A stretch of 64,000 nucleotides of DNA from an uncultured virus (IMG/VR IMGVR_UViG_3300030116_004023) (lineage: Duplodnaviria; Heunggongvirae; Uroviricota; Caudoviricetes): the IMG/VR virus record IMGVR_UViG_3300030116_004023. One strand, written 5' to 3'. Shown one piece after another: positions 48,101 to 58,288 of this stretch. A program made the translations under genes and the position numbers. The stretch's first letter is position 1. Each line of letters begins with the position of its first letter. A model generated the notes under the pieces. It was given only the letters and a program-made list of their open reading frames with translations, made no database searches and had not been told where the DNA came from.

Positions 48101-48915
48101 ACATCTACTCCGGTTTCGCTGTTATCTAAAGCTTCAGCTAAAGTAGTGTGCCTTTGAGGAAAATCAATGTTAGTAGAATAGTGATTTAAGAAAGATTTTA
48201 TTAAACCTGTTCTGGATGAAATACGTTGTAGATATTCTTTTTTACTAGTATTTTTAGCTGATGTCGCTAAAACATACTCATGCAACTCTGGAGCTGCCTC
48301 TAAAATTGCTGCTCCATCACTATGAGTAGCTGCTGTTGTCGCATTAGCTGCTCTTACAACTTCTATAGTAGTAGCATCTGCTACATCTAAAATACTCATT
48401 TCTTCACTATCAATTTTAATACGCATTCCAGCAAACATTTCACTTGTATCAGAAACAGTAATTGTAGTTTCACTACTATCAATAGCTTCCCCAGCAGTAG
48501 CTTCTAAAGTTACGGTGTCTGCATTTATCATATAACTATAAGAACCTTTAGTGCTATTATCTCGTAATTCAAATAACTGGTCTTCAGCAACTATATTAAT
48601 AATCATACCAAAAGCATTATCAAACTTTTCCTCAACATCTACTGCCATACCATAAAAATAAACATGATTAGTATCTTTATCTCTAATCTTAATTGGAGTA
48701 AAATCATCTACTACCCCTGTAAATGGTCCTTTTGCGGAACCCCCACTATTAGCTAGTGGGTTAGAAGATGGGTTAGATATACGTATCTGGGCAGACATAC
48801 CTGTTTGTAAGGTATCTGTTAAGGTCAAAGAGATTAGTCGTGATGTACTGGAGACTACAAAGTCTTCCCATGAATCCCCGTCCCAATATGAAACAATTGA
48901 ACTAGAGGCTCCCAT
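45175..48915 (-). CDS. Baseplate hub/central tail protein with four beta-domain repeats and a C-terminal intramolecular chaperone (S74)
   Basis: SSKRYKRNI...GLVAEDV...YDRL...coiled coil; follows TMP and Dit-like gene. Confidence 0.8.
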   Translation of the reverse strand: MGASSSIVSYWDGDSWEDFVVSSTSRLISLTLTDTLQTGMSAQIRISNPSSNPLANSGGSAKGPFTGVVDDFTPIKIRDKDTNHVYFYGMAVDVEEKFDNAFGMIINIVAEDQLFELRDNSTKGSYSYMINADTVTLEATAGEAIDSSETTITVSDTSEMFAGMRIKIDSEEMSILDVADATTIEVVRAANATTAATHSDGAAILEAAPELHEYVLATSAKNTSKKEYLQRISSRTGLIKSFLNHYSTNIDFPQRHTTLAEALDNSETGVDVGDTSNLNVNDVILIDDEQMLITAISAPTLTVTRGYNSTTAVTHINGENVFTVDDRFTESLQKYRKSMIYKLDGRSKRSALKHVALAADTEPHTTTSSDQLYGFDFYVAPNLSSTATSHKPDTYFNYFKKGTRPTTNSLGPAAFGLNLQLPTPDTLTDGAFVETGRMIPITEANLTRPKKSIYTDAAYSFAVSSKGDEGDAVAVPQTEVFEIIKITGLSSTGAGALLWSGYDIAGGVAGTDSSEMGSILVAQLDDAINSSVTTITLRDESNDTGMFGDNPTDTIPVGATVQLSGERLRVTAVDRANDQITVVRGVDGTSASSHVDGQFMYYYNAFRIQYLSNTAGATGNFSTGEEAYLMISDIDKQIDNNSLIWRSASNDTDSRLMTSSSSGHAWRLKERPRMKFGVRRTFNADTGAETNPDAIREQIASVLIRKSNSEVRGDVSTFNPPTFYIDNVPSSVATTSGSDQTITIGNTQLHGTLNEDLDTSETGIDVTDSTGMYVGQRIKIDSEEFAITAVNSKTLITANRAQNSTSAATHTSGATIFDSNVNIQNYGFYRGMLAVELDSNGQPSGTYGYASRVTSTTVRVTWATGTVDTSSTIRYYIPVRAGDTIKVRNDLANVDSTALITQSVYEEGQGISRTRYDIVGADTNKEGGSGKSSIVSKTSDAVATDEGLPAGIDISNDANITTSCAFSSSSASQVNWGSGNIYIGSDKYSITGGDTSSLEALNSDGRVYFIYYIKGDTTFRVIAKSNYPTFVAKRKDNDIRVIAHVHYDLPYAAWSLVGIKGGNVGDNTRVTGTQAQMRNFYADDGGAILPGFSFASDPDTGMYRTTSNTIGFSLNNSTTLVVHSSGINVAHSSISGTNAVINTSSGQLGTDSSSKRYKRNIVETALDSSKVYDLKPIDFEYNENTDTEGEKGFGLVAEDVEKIYPEIVHYNQDGLVESLAYDRLSLLLLMEIKKLKEEIEKLKENN

Positions 48916-49443
48916 TTACGATACTCCTTCTCTCCATCTAGCCACAAACTGTAAACTATAATTCCATCGGTCTTCCATGCCGGGTAGCTGATTAAATTGG
49001 AATTGCTGTAAGGCAACTTTATAAATACCTCCACCTGTAGAAGCAGTAGTACCACTACCAGAATAATCCGGTGTTGTTGCGTCACCACATTCTAATTGTA
49101 AGTCTGTTGAGCCTGTCACCCAAGTTAATAACTTTTTTTCAAGATAGTTTTTGTATGGAATATAATAAGTTTGGCTTTGTATAGTTCTTGATTCCATATT
49201 GAAAAATTCATTTGCTGTTGTATTAGTTGTGTCACCACCCACATTGTCAACAATACCTGATAACGTTATAGCAGGACGTGATGAACCTAAATCAAATATA
49301 ATTGGAGATGCTGCTGGTAAGGCAATTTGTATAGGTGTTCTAGATACAGTAATTGATATTTGTTCTGTTTTTAAGGCTAATCTTACACTGGCATCTGCAT
49401 TTGAATCATCTCGTAATAAGACCGCTAATTCTTCGGCTGCCAT
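48916..49443 (-). CDS. Distal tail (Dit)-like protein
   Basis: Position after TMP; DLG...ITLSG pattern. Confidence 0.55.
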   Translation of the reverse strand: MAAEELAVLLRDDSNADASVRLALKTEQISITVSRTPIQIALPAASPIIFDLGSSRPAITLSGIVDNVGGDTTNTTANEFFNMESRTIQSQTYYIPYKNYLEKKLLTWVTGSTDLQLECGDATTPDYSGSGTTASTGGGIYKVALQQFQFNQLPGMEDRWNYSLQFVARWREGVS

Positions 49444-49445
49444 TT

Positions 49446-50759
49446 TTAACCTCCGTCAAACATTAATTGGTTTGCTGAAAATTCTCCTTGCCCAGCAATA
49501 TTACCTCTAACAGAGGCTCTACCTTCAGCCATTTCTTGAGGACTTAAGGAACTACCATTAATAGTAATATCTAATGAACCTCCTGCTGCTCCTCCAATAG
49601 CATTTAGTCCTTCCCGTGCCCTACTAAATAGCCCACCAATAGCTTTACCCGGATTTCCAAGAGTCTCCACAATACCACTAATATTTGCAATTAGTGCTTT
49701 TATTGGGTCTAATACTGCATTTAGTACACTCGTTGCGGCGTTTTTTATTTTATCTACGATTCCACCTAACCAATCCCAAATATTTAAGACTACACTTTTA
49801 ATAGCTCCCACACCATCTTTTACACCTTGTACTATAGCATCATTAAAACCACCTGTAAAAAATGTTTTTAACCAATTCCAAGAAGATTCAAATATTCTAC
49901 CTAAATGATTTAGTCCTTTCCAAAACTCTGTTGCCCATTTGATTACATCAGCTATCATACCTATAATGTCTGCTAAAAATTGAAATACCGCTTCTGAACC
50001 AACTCTCATTATAAAATGACCTACTTGTTGTAAAGACTTTAGGTCTTCCATAACTGAGTCTTTAAAAGCACCCCCCAAGGATTTTAAAGCACTTCCTATA
50101 ACTTTTCTGTCATCTTCTGTTTCTTTTGCAAAAGCATTAAAATTCTCTTTTAGTTTAGTAGCTGATTTTTTAAGGTCATCTACTTCATCTTCTAACCATG
50201 GGAATGCATCGGACAGCCCATCTAAAAAACTACCTGAATATTCCCCAAATTTTTGAATTATTGTTGTTGCTAAAGCACCCCAATCATAATTAGTAATTTT
50301 GGACCATAAATCTGAAATAGTATTCCCCAATACTGCAAAACCTTCTGCAGCTAAGTTCTGAATAAAGTCTCCTATACCGTCAGAAGCTTCCCAAATACCA
50401 CCTACCCATTCAGAAAAAGCAGTTAGTCTTTCTTGAACAAATGGGATTACTTTAGCTATATAACCTAAAATTTTAAACGCAAAGGGCATGAAAGGGGCTA
50501 ACAGTACGTCAATAAATCCACCTACAATTTGAAATAAAGAGCCGATAAATCCTGTAAACAACTGAGATTGTTTCAAAAGAGCTGCTAAACCAAAGTTTAT
50601 ACCTACAAGCCCGGCTTTTTTACTTAGGGCTTTTTTAAAATCCGTAGCTATTCTACCAACATTACTAAAAAGAGTTCTAAGGTCTTTCTTACCTTCTGGA
50701 GCTTCTCCCCCTCCACCCGGAGCACCATCTAAAATATTCATGAATCCTGATAGGGTCAT
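49446..50759 (-). CDS. Tape measure protein (short)
   Basis: Amphipathic helical repeats with periodic W/F; follows the chaperone pair. Confidence 0.8.
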   Translation of the reverse strand: MTLSGFMNILDGAPGGGGEAPEGKKDLRTLFSNVGRIATDFKKALSKKAGLVGINFGLAALLKQSQLFTGFIGSLFQIVGGFIDVLLAPFMPFAFKILGYIAKVIPFVQERLTAFSEWVGGIWEASDGIGDFIQNLAAEGFAVLGNTISDLWSKITNYDWGALATTIIQKFGEYSGSFLDGLSDAFPWLEDEVDDLKKSATKLKENFNAFAKETEDDRKVIGSALKSLGGAFKDSVMEDLKSLQQVGHFIMRVGSEAVFQFLADIIGMIADVIKWATEFWKGLNHLGRIFESSWNWLKTFFTGGFNDAIVQGVKDGVGAIKSVVLNIWDWLGGIVDKIKNAATSVLNAVLDPIKALIANISGIVETLGNPGKAIGGLFSRAREGLNAIGGAAGGSLDITINGSSLSPQEMAEGRASVRGNIAGQGEFSANQLMFDGG

Positions 50760-50761
50760 GT

Positions 50762-51001
50762 TTAAAAGCCTCCTATTTTAGACGACATGTTAGACATAGC
50801 CATTTCTCTGGCTTGCTGGTCTTGTTGTTTTTGTTGTATTGCCATTTCAACTCCTAAAATTAAATGTATCTCATCTTCAGTAAAATGTTGTATGGCTTCC
50901 CAGTCTATACCTATTTTCAATAGCTGAAGAACTATTGTCCAGTGGCTATACAGGATTGACTCTCTATAATCAATGTCTCCTGCTTGCCGCCAGAAAGCCA
51001 T
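50762..51001 (-). CDS. Tail assembly chaperone, gpT-like (-1 frame)
   Basis: Lies in the -1 frame of the upstream chaperone, directly before TMP. Confidence 0.7.
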   Translation of the reverse strand: MAFWRQAGDIDYRESILYSHWTIVLQLLKIGIDWEAIQHFTEDEIHLILGVEMAIQQKQQDQQAREMAMSNMSSKIGGF

Positions 51002-51384
51002 TACCCTTTTTTTATTTCATCTGGTCCTAAAGCTCCTGTTTCAGTGGAACCAAAAGCATTTGGAACAAGTTGTTCTAATGCTGAACCTAATCTATTATCT
51101 ATTGAAACTAAAAATGACTCCGTTGTTCTACCCCAAGGTGCCTCAACTATCATCTCTTTCAAACATTCTCTAATATATAAATCCCCATTAAAACTGTTTG
51201 CTCCATCTGTCCCTAATTGTAAACATCTAGAAACCAGCTGATTTCTTTTAGCCCAAGATAATTGTTTTATAGTTACCTCAAACTTATCTCCTGTATCTTC
51301 TATTACTACAGTTTTTTTGTTGACTGTAGGGGCTAGTTGATACTTTGATACATCAAACTGCTTTGCTTTGCTTTCCTTAGCCAT
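51001..51384 (-). CDS. Tail assembly chaperone, gpG-like
   Basis: Between tail tube and TMP; ends ATA AAA AAA GGG TAA (slippery A7). Confidence 0.75.
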   Translation of the reverse strand: MAKESKAKQFDVSKYQLAPTVNKKTVVIEDTGDKFEVTIKQLSWAKRNQLVSRCLQLGTDGANSFNGDLYIRECLKEMIVEAPWGRTTESFLVSIDNRLGSALEQLVPNAFGSTETGALGPDEIKKG

Positions 51385-51405
51385 TACGCCTCCTTATTCT
51401 ATTGT

Positions 51406-53229
51406 TTATGGATATATTGGTACGTTATCCAGTATTGTTATTTTTAAACTTCTAAATATCATGTCTAAATCTACTTGAAATGGGTTATCCCCTGTCACAC
51501 TATGAGGTGCTGAGTTTATAAAAATACCTTGTTTATTTAGTTGGTTTGTAGCTGCTGTCGGTGTTCCTGCAGTACTAGACCCCGGTATGTCTATAATTAT
51601 GTGGTCATTTGTACCACGTTCAAACTTTATAGTAGCTGTAAATCCTTGTTTAAATTTACTACCACCACCAGCTCCGTAGTCACCTTCTAATAGTAGTTGT
51701 TTGAAAAGTTCTAGAGCAGTGTCTTGACTTACCCCTGCATCGCCAGAACCTCCAATTGTAGCTGCTGCATTCTTATCAGCATCTGGTAATACAACTGAGG
51801 CAGATAATGCATAGTCTCTAGGTCCTTCTTTTATTTCATAAGGACCTCTAGCTCTTGCACCCTGCTTCCCTATATAATATCTAGGTTCTTCATTATTAGC
51901 TATAGATAATGAAAAACTTCTTATTCTTGCAAATTCTTGGTCAAAAAACTTTATAGTTCCTTCAGAGAAGTAATATGGTTGAGTGCTTGGATATCCAACT
52001 CCTGTATTAGCATCTGTAATAGTAGACATGTGACTCGGTATTCCTACGTCATCACTGTCAATAGTTTGCATTAGTCCAAATCTAGGCATATTAGCTTCTA
52101 CGCTTGCACCATCATATAAATCCCCTGATGCTGTACCAACTGTTGATTGATTTTGTTGATTGTGTACCATGTTTAGAAAATTTACACTATCCCAAGACAT
52201 CGTAACCATCCCACCTTCTTCAGCGGATATTGTGGAAGAACCAATCATTCCTCCTACATATCTTCGGTCAAAGTCTTTAGCTGCTGTTTCAGTACTATCT
52301 TTCATATGTACATGCCATGTTACTGTATCTAAATCAACTTGCTCCTCAATAACATGAGTATAAACTATACTGCTACTATGAGCAACTTCATGAACTAGAG
52401 CATTATCCGCATGGTCAAATTGTAATGGGTAGTTTAATTTAAATGTATCACTAACATCAGTAACAATTCTTCTTACTTCAGAGTTTGTTCCATCAGCTTC
52501 AATAATTTGAATATAATCTCCAGCTGCTAAGTTACTATCATCAGCACCGTCCGTTGTAATAAAAATATCACCTTTTTTAGCTCCATTTGCCATATTTAAT
52601 AATATTGTGTCTGTCGCAACTGCCGATGGAGTAGTAGTAACTGAACCTATTGGGAATCTAAGAGCCCATCCATTCAATAATACTATACCGCTTACAGAAC
52701 CTGTAAGTGACTGTTGACCAGAATAAGCCACAGAAAAGTTTCTTTTAGATTGTGTACTAAGAAATCTTCTACCTTCAATACTCATCTCTGGGTCTGGTGT
52801 GTCTATTGTTTCATAAATACCCGGAATAAAAGTAATAAATTTAGAATTATCCCCAGCACCAGTTGATTCATTACCAACACCAGTAACTTCTTGTACTTCT
52901 GTATTTGTACCATCGTCTTGTTGAGCGTGGTAAAACGCTAATGGTCTATCTAAGTTAAAGGTTGTTCCATCTATAGATTCAAGTCTTCTTACTTCATGTG
53001 GAGTAGTTGTATTAGCATAAGTACCTTCAACGGTACCAATTCTTATAAAATCTCCTACAGTAAACCCAGAGGCACTAGCTACTGTAATACTTCTAGCCCC
53101 TGCCGCAGCAGCAGCACTTAAAGTAGTACTTGATGACCCAGAAGTTCCCTGCATTAACTCAGGGTCTCCTCCTTGTGCTGCTTCAGCAGCGAATGTTAAT
53201 TGTGCTTGGTCGCTTCGGTATACGCCCAT
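51406..53229 (-). CDS. Major tail tube protein with two inserted beta domains
   Basis: FSLSIANN, YYFSEG motifs; position upstream of chaperones; own promoter and GGAGG RBS. Confidence 0.75.
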   Translation of the reverse strand: MGVYRSDQAQLTFAAEAAQGGDPELMQGTSGSSSTTLSAAAAAGARSITVASASGFTVGDFIRIGTVEGTYANTTTPHEVRRLESIDGTTFNLDRPLAFYHAQQDDGTNTEVQEVTGVGNESTGAGDNSKFITFIPGIYETIDTPDPEMSIEGRRFLSTQSKRNFSVAYSGQQSLTGSVSGIVLLNGWALRFPIGSVTTTPSAVATDTILLNMANGAKKGDIFITTDGADDSNLAAGDYIQIIEADGTNSEVRRIVTDVSDTFKLNYPLQFDHADNALVHEVAHSSSIVYTHVIEEQVDLDTVTWHVHMKDSTETAAKDFDRRYVGGMIGSSTISAEEGGMVTMSWDSVNFLNMVHNQQNQSTVGTASGDLYDGASVEANMPRFGLMQTIDSDDVGIPSHMSTITDANTGVGYPSTQPYYFSEGTIKFFDQEFARIRSFSLSIANNEEPRYYIGKQGARARGPYEIKEGPRDYALSASVVLPDADKNAAATIGGSGDAGVSQDTALELFKQLLLEGDYGAGGGSKFKQGFTATIKFERGTNDHIIIDIPGSSTAGTPTAATNQLNKQGIFINSAPHSVTGDNPFQVDLDMIFRSLKITILDNVPIYP

Positions 53230-53275
53230 AGTTTAGTCCTCCATATATAGTCCTATTATATATTATACTACATTT

Positions 53276-53716
53276 TTACGTAGTTTCTAATAAAACTCCA
53301 TTATTTTCTAATTGTATTGTTATAGTTCCTGTCCACATATTAGCTTGTTCTGAAACCTCTTCAGCAAAATTTTGAAATGTTTGTCTTTGAAAATTGGTTA
53401 AAGAGTGCATTCTAGCATGAGTAATTTTTCTAACTTCTCTCATTAAATTATATAATCTTTGCCTGCTAGTTAAGGTATACAACTCTATTTCAATATTAAA
53501 AATTCTATTACCATATTTTCTATTTCCAATAGGGGTTTCTTCTAATGCAGGGCTACCAGTTCTTCCGATTAAATGGTCACCCACATTTAAATCAAATCTA
53601 AATGGCTGATTATCGCCATTCACAGTAGTCAGTGTAGGTTTTGTTACATTAGATGCGTTCCACTGACTATTTAGGTCTGTCATTACGGCATCTATAGGTA
53701 TAGGCTCATCTGGCAT
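53276..53716 (-). CDS. Tail terminator/completion protein
   Basis: Size and position between adaptor and tail tube. Confidence 0.55.
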   Translation of the reverse strand: MPDEPIPIDAVMTDLNSQWNASNVTKPTLTTVNGDNQPFRFDLNVGDHLIGRTGSPALEETPIGNRKYGNRIFNIEIELYTLTSRQRLYNLMREVRKITHARMHSLTNFQRQTFQNFAEEVSEQANMWTGTITIQLENNGVLLETT

Positions 53717-54831
53717 TAAAACACCTCAAAAGCTCTTAGACTATCAATAGTATCATCTATGTTTGTTTGCCAAGAGTTTATTCTAGCACTAATATCCATT
53801 CTATCCATACCACTAACTACTAACCCACCAAAGTCAGCATTTTTTGCTACTTCAGTAGCTGCTATCATTTTAGTGATATCTTGAACCATGCCACCTTGTC
53901 TAACGTCAGTTTGAATATCTCTTCCGTATAAATAACTTACTTTGACAGGCATAGTAAACTCTCCACCACCCCATCTCCATACTGGAGCATTATAAGAAGT
54001 AAACCTAGCTGGTAATAGAAAATATCTAGAAAAGTGAATCATATTAGTATCTTTAACTAAAAAATAATCTTTTGTTCTACCCTGCCTTTTAGAGTCCCAA
54101 TTAGCCCCGTTCCATATTTTGACATCTAAGATTTTATATGCATCAGGTCTATCAAGTTTAAATCCATTTAAATTAAATTGATGGTATTCTTCTGTTTCAT
54201 AATTAGGTCTCCAAGACTTTCTTGTTTGCATATCAATATAAGACTGAGCTTCCATTATGTATTGTTCTACTGTAGATTTACTTGGAACAGTAGAACTTGT
54301 AAAGTCAGTACCACTGAGAACATTATTCAATTGCATTAAGTTATATACGTCCTTAGTCGTACAGTAAGCTGCATAAGGTCTCATTTGTATACGTTTTATT
54401 GTAGGGGCAGTGGTAACACTAGCAGTACTTACTCGAACCCAATATTTGGTTTCACTATTTATTGCATCTGTTGCCCAATCACTAAGTAAATTAGCCGGAA
54501 ATATTTCTACCCCATCTTCTGAAAAATCATATTGACCTCCCTCATCATCGTCTGGGTCTATCTCATATCTACCAGAAGCAGGTACAAAAGTTGTCCAAGC
54601 AGAACCATTATAATATTGCCATGTTAATGCTCCTAAACTTCCAGCAGTATCTACATCAAAAACAGCCATGTCAAACTTATTGTCATAACCTAAATATAAA
54701 TAATGACTTGATGCATCAAGAATAGAAAAGGCAGTCCCCGCAGGGGATTGTGCTTCTAATGTAACGTCAGTATAACTACTTCCATTATATTTAAAAACCT
54801 TATCAAATACTGCTCCAGCAGTTGTTGCCAT
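53716..54831 (-). CDS. Head-tail adaptor with extra N-terminal domain
   Basis: AYCTTKDV...I.EAQSYID..T and VKVSYLYG patterns. Confidence 0.65.
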   Translation of the reverse strand: MATTAGAVFDKVFKYNGSSYTDVTLEAQSPAGTAFSILDASSHYLYLGYDNKFDMAVFDVDTAGSLGALTWQYYNGSAWTTFVPASGRYEIDPDDDEGGQYDFSEDGVEIFPANLLSDWATDAINSETKYWVRVSTASVTTAPTIKRIQMRPYAAYCTTKDVYNLMQLNNVLSGTDFTSSTVPSKSTVEQYIMEAQSYIDMQTRKSWRPNYETEEYHQFNLNGFKLDRPDAYKILDVKIWNGANWDSKRQGRTKDYFLVKDTNMIHFSRYFLLPARFTSYNAPVWRWGGGEFTMPVKVSYLYGRDIQTDVRQGGMVQDITKMIAATEVAKNADFGGLVVSGMDRMDISARINSWQTNIDDTIDSLRAFEVF

Positions 54832-54840
54832 TTATATCTC

Positions 54841-55095
54841 CTAGGAGTCTTTGTCTCCTTTGTTACCTTTTATTGCTTCTTTAGCTGCTTCTACAACTTC
54901 TTCTGGAACCCCGCCCTCGTTTGTTACTTCAGGGCTGTCATCTTTCCCTCTAAGGTACATTAGTACACCTTGTAGGTTTTGTACTTGTCCGACTAGTTGT
55001 TCTCTGTGTGCATTTACTTTGTTTAGTTCATCGACTAAAGCTTCCATTTTCTCAGTAACTGCTTTTAAATCACTTTGTACATCTATCTCTGCCAT
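54841..55095 (-). CDS. Small coiled-coil protein
   Basis: 84 aa, AGGAG RBS. Confidence 0.6.
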   Translation of the reverse strand: MAEIDVQSDLKAVTEKMEALVDELNKVNAHREQLVGQVQNLQGVLMYLRGKDDSPEVTNEGGVPEEVVEAAKEAIKGNKGDKDS

Positions 55096-55166
55096 GTTTC
55101 TTTTCTCCTATGTTCTTTATCCCCTTTTTATTAAAGGGTCTTTATTATTATACTAAATTTTATTTC

Positions 55167-55493
55167 TTATTTACCATCCCAGAAACGATTACTTATTCCC
55201 GGCTCGTCTTTCCAACCACTTACCTTAGTCCAAGTACCATCATCATAAGTATACTTATTGTTTACCCACCTAGCAGTAGAACCATCGCTTTCTACATCTG
55301 TTCCTGATGGTACAGTAACTCCCGTAATCAAAGTACAATTACTACTATTTAAATCTGAAATATTCGGAAATCCTCTAGAGCCACTATCAAATGCTCCTAC
55401 TATAGTTTTGTCTGATTGAATGTCTACCGATTGGTCATCATCCAAAGCATATACTACTAATTTTGTGTCGTTTTTTACTAAAATTTTACTCAT
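55167..55493 (-). CDS. Tail fibre-associated small protein
   Basis: Paralog of 58289..58558 (MSKI..., DL.S.N.T....VT, KY.YD.GTWTK.S.W). Confidence 0.65.
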   Translation of the reverse strand: MSKILVKNDTKLVVYALDDDQSVDIQSDKTIVGAFDSGSRGFPNISDLNSSNCTLITGVTVPSGTDVESDGSTARWVNNKYTYDDGTWTKVSGWKDEPGISNRFWDGK

Positions 55494-55504
55494 CTAAATC
55501 TCCT

Positions 55505-58261
55505 TTACGTTGAATCTGGTAATGTTCCTTGAATTAATAATGTTGTTGAAGTTAACGCATGCCCTATTTTTGCATAACTTGTTGCTGTTGTTGTTAATGC
55601 CCCAGCAGACGTAAGATAATATAAACTTCCTGCCGATAAGCTACTTTGATTTGTAGCTACTGTACCATGTAATTGTATAGTACCTGTGGCTGTATCTGAA
55701 ATTGCTGAATTTGCTATACCTATAAATGCACCTGCATTGTCAGGTAAATCAGGAACAGCTCCATAAAGACTTGTACCATCTTCTGTAAACAAAACAATTT
55801 TGTTCCCAGTGCCCCCACTTACTATTTGAATTGCTGCATCTATATATGTGGTATACATTTTTTGTTGTTGTTTTGAAACAAATGACGTTCCGGAAACATA
55901 ACCAACACCTACTTGAATTAAATCAGTACCATTTGTTTTGGTTCTGTCTTCCATTGCATATACTATATTCCCACCACCTGCATCAAATACAGCGTTATAA
56001 TAACTTCCGTCTCCATCAACTAATACGTTTGCAGAACCCCAAGAACATGTGTTAGTGCTAGAACCTGTACATGTTCCTATATAAACCTCACCATCACCTA
56101 TAGAGTTATTGTAGAAAAATAATACTAATTTACCACTTGCAGCGTCAAAGCACAAAGCCGGATATATATTCGAGTCACCAGTATTAGTTTCTGTTACATG
56201 AACTTCTGAACCTACTGAAAATCCTGTACCACTTATAGTAATTACTACAGAGGTCATTTTATTACTATCGCTAGAGTCTAACCAACACAATACTATTCTG
56301 TCAGCCGCTGTATCGTAAGTAGCTTTTAAGCCTTTGCCATATAAGTACCAAGCCGGTCCTGCTGTGCCATGTATATCAGCAGCAGTCCCTAGTGATATTG
56401 TATTTGAACTGCCACCTGTAACGGTCATCACCCTACCTATTATTTCGTCATTTTGTGAAAATATGGCAAACATTTTATTATTGTCTGGGTCAAAAACTAA
56501 CTCGGCTGAAGTACCGGTACCATTGGCATCAAAGGCTCCACTACCTGTAAGACTAACTTCTTTTGCAGTATCTCTATCACAAGAGTTGTCTGAAGTATCT
56601 ACTGTTATTACATATGATTTTAAAGTATCACTTCCTGTATGAAGACATACAAATCTATTTGCATTCGTATCATATTCAACTTCACATAAATCAGTAGATG
56701 AACTTTCTACAACTAACTCGGAACCTATAGAAAAATCTCCATTAGAATCTACATCTACCACTTGAGCTGTTGTAGCACCACCATTACCACTATCTTTAAA
56801 CAAAACTAAAAACCTGTCATCATCTGGGCTATAAGCAGCGTCCAGAACAGCATTTATACCATTGTTTTGTATTGCAGTAAGGGTTGTATTATTAACACCT
56901 GTTTGTAAGGCAGAAACTGTTTTAGCTTTACCCGCAGATGTTATAGCAACTCTATCCCCTGCTGAAATATTACCATCAGCAACCAAATCTGTTGTACCCC
57001 CACCACTACCAATATATGTTTTTACATCGGAAGCTGGAATGGTTTTCATTGCTCCACCATCGTTTACTACAACTCCATCAGCATCAGCAAGTGTTATCGA
57101 ACCACCTACAGAAGTCCCACCATCAAGTAGGTTTAGTTCTGCAGCTGTCGCTGTTACAGCAGTTCCATTTATAGCTAGTTTACTAGTACCAATATTGAAT
57201 GTAGCATTGTCTTCTACTCTAGCTACTTCTGTACCATCGTATTGTTGGAATATAATATCTTTAGCGTCTGTAAGAGGTTTTATAACTACGTCACTAGAAG
57301 AGTTAGCAATGCTTAATTTATTGCCTACTAATCCTAAACTAGCGTTGTCTTCTATACGGATAACCTCTGTTCCGTCATATTGTGAAATAACTAAGTCGTC
57401 TGAATCAACTGCTGGTTTCATTATTACTTCCCCAGCCGTACCATCTAAATCAAAAGTAATTTGGTCAGTACCACCATCTTGAAGTTTTATATCACCAGTT
57501 GTAGAGTTTAAGTGTAACTCGCCAGTTGAGTCTATAGATATAGGTGTTGCTGCAATAGTTAATCCTGTAGTTCCATCATGTGTAAGGGTAGCATCATTAC
57601 CAGCACCTAAACTTAGAATAGCAGAATCAGATAACAACATTAAGTCGTCCCCTATAACAGCGTCTAGTGCAACACTTAGTCCACCATCAGTTTGTAAAGA
57701 ACCATCGGTTGTAGACGTTGCGTTGGTAGAGTCATCTGTTTTTATTATGCCACTAGCTGTAATTGTGGATGATGTTAAAGCTGCAGTGGCTAATGTCCCA
57801 CCAGCAACTGTTAGTGTATTACCACTATGAGTTAAAGTTACATCTCCATTGTTAAAGTTTATTACACTACCTGAAGCTAAGAATAAATCTGACCACATCA
57901 AACTTGTAGTTCCCAAAGCAGTACCATCACTAGTTCCGGGAGAAAGACTATTTTCAGCTAACTCTACTTCTTTTGCATTATTAGCATAAAAGTTTATTTT
58001 GTTAGCGTCTTCAAAATCTATTTTAGTCTGGTCGTCCTCACCAATCTTAATATCTGTGGCGAGTAAGGAGGTTATACCTGTTTGGGCTGCATCAACATTT
58101 AATGTATTTGTAGATAGTGTTATACCTGTCCCTGCTGAAAAAGCAGTTTTAGACATAGCAATAGCTGCAGATGCATTAATGTCTGCATTAACAATAGCAC
58201 CATCAGTTATATCATCTGATGATAATGCTGCTTGTGCTGGCTCTTTTCCTACAAATCCCAA
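55505..58261 (-). CDS. Tail fibre/receptor-binding protein 1
   Basis: Gly/Ser/Thr/Asp-rich, TTG start with GGAGG RBS, repeated YD/FD blade-like motifs. Confidence 0.8.
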   Translation of the reverse strand: MGFVGKEPAQAALSSDDITDGAIVNADINASAAIAMSKTAFSAGTGITLSTNTLNVDAAQTGITSLLATDIKIGEDDQTKIDFEDANKINFYANNAKEVELAENSLSPGTSDGTALGTTSLMWSDLFLASGSVINFNNGDVTLTHSGNTLTVAGGTLATAALTSSTITASGIIKTDDSTNATSTTDGSLQTDGGLSVALDAVIGDDLMLLSDSAILSLGAGNDATLTHDGTTGLTIAATPISIDSTGELHLNSTTGDIKLQDGGTDQITFDLDGTAGEVIMKPAVDSDDLVISQYDGTEVIRIEDNASLGLVGNKLSIANSSSDVVIKPLTDAKDIIFQQYDGTEVARVEDNATFNIGTSKLAINGTAVTATAAELNLLDGGTSVGGSITLADADGVVVNDGGAMKTIPASDVKTYIGSGGGTTDLVADGNISAGDRVAITSAGKAKTVSALQTGVNNTTLTAIQNNGINAVLDAAYSPDDDRFLVLFKDSGNGGATTAQVVDVDSNGDFSIGSELVVESSSTDLCEVEYDTNANRFVCLHTGSDTLKSYVITVDTSDNSCDRDTAKEVSLTGSGAFDANGTGTSAELVFDPDNNKMFAIFSQNDEIIGRVMTVTGGSSNTISLGTAADIHGTAGPAWYLYGKGLKATYDTAADRIVLCWLDSSDSNKMTSVVITISGTGFSVGSEVHVTETNTGDSNIYPALCFDAASGKLVLFFYNNSIGDGEVYIGTCTGSSTNTCSWGSANVLVDGDGSYYNAVFDAGGGNIVYAMEDRTKTNGTDLIQVGVGYVSGTSFVSKQQQKMYTTYIDAAIQIVSGGTGNKIVLFTEDGTSLYGAVPDLPDNAGAFIGIANSAISDTATGTIQLHGTVATNQSSLSAGSLYYLTSAGALTTTATSYAKIGHALTSTTLLIQGTLPDST

Positions 58262-58288
58262 TTGTTTATTCCTCCTTTATTATTATAC

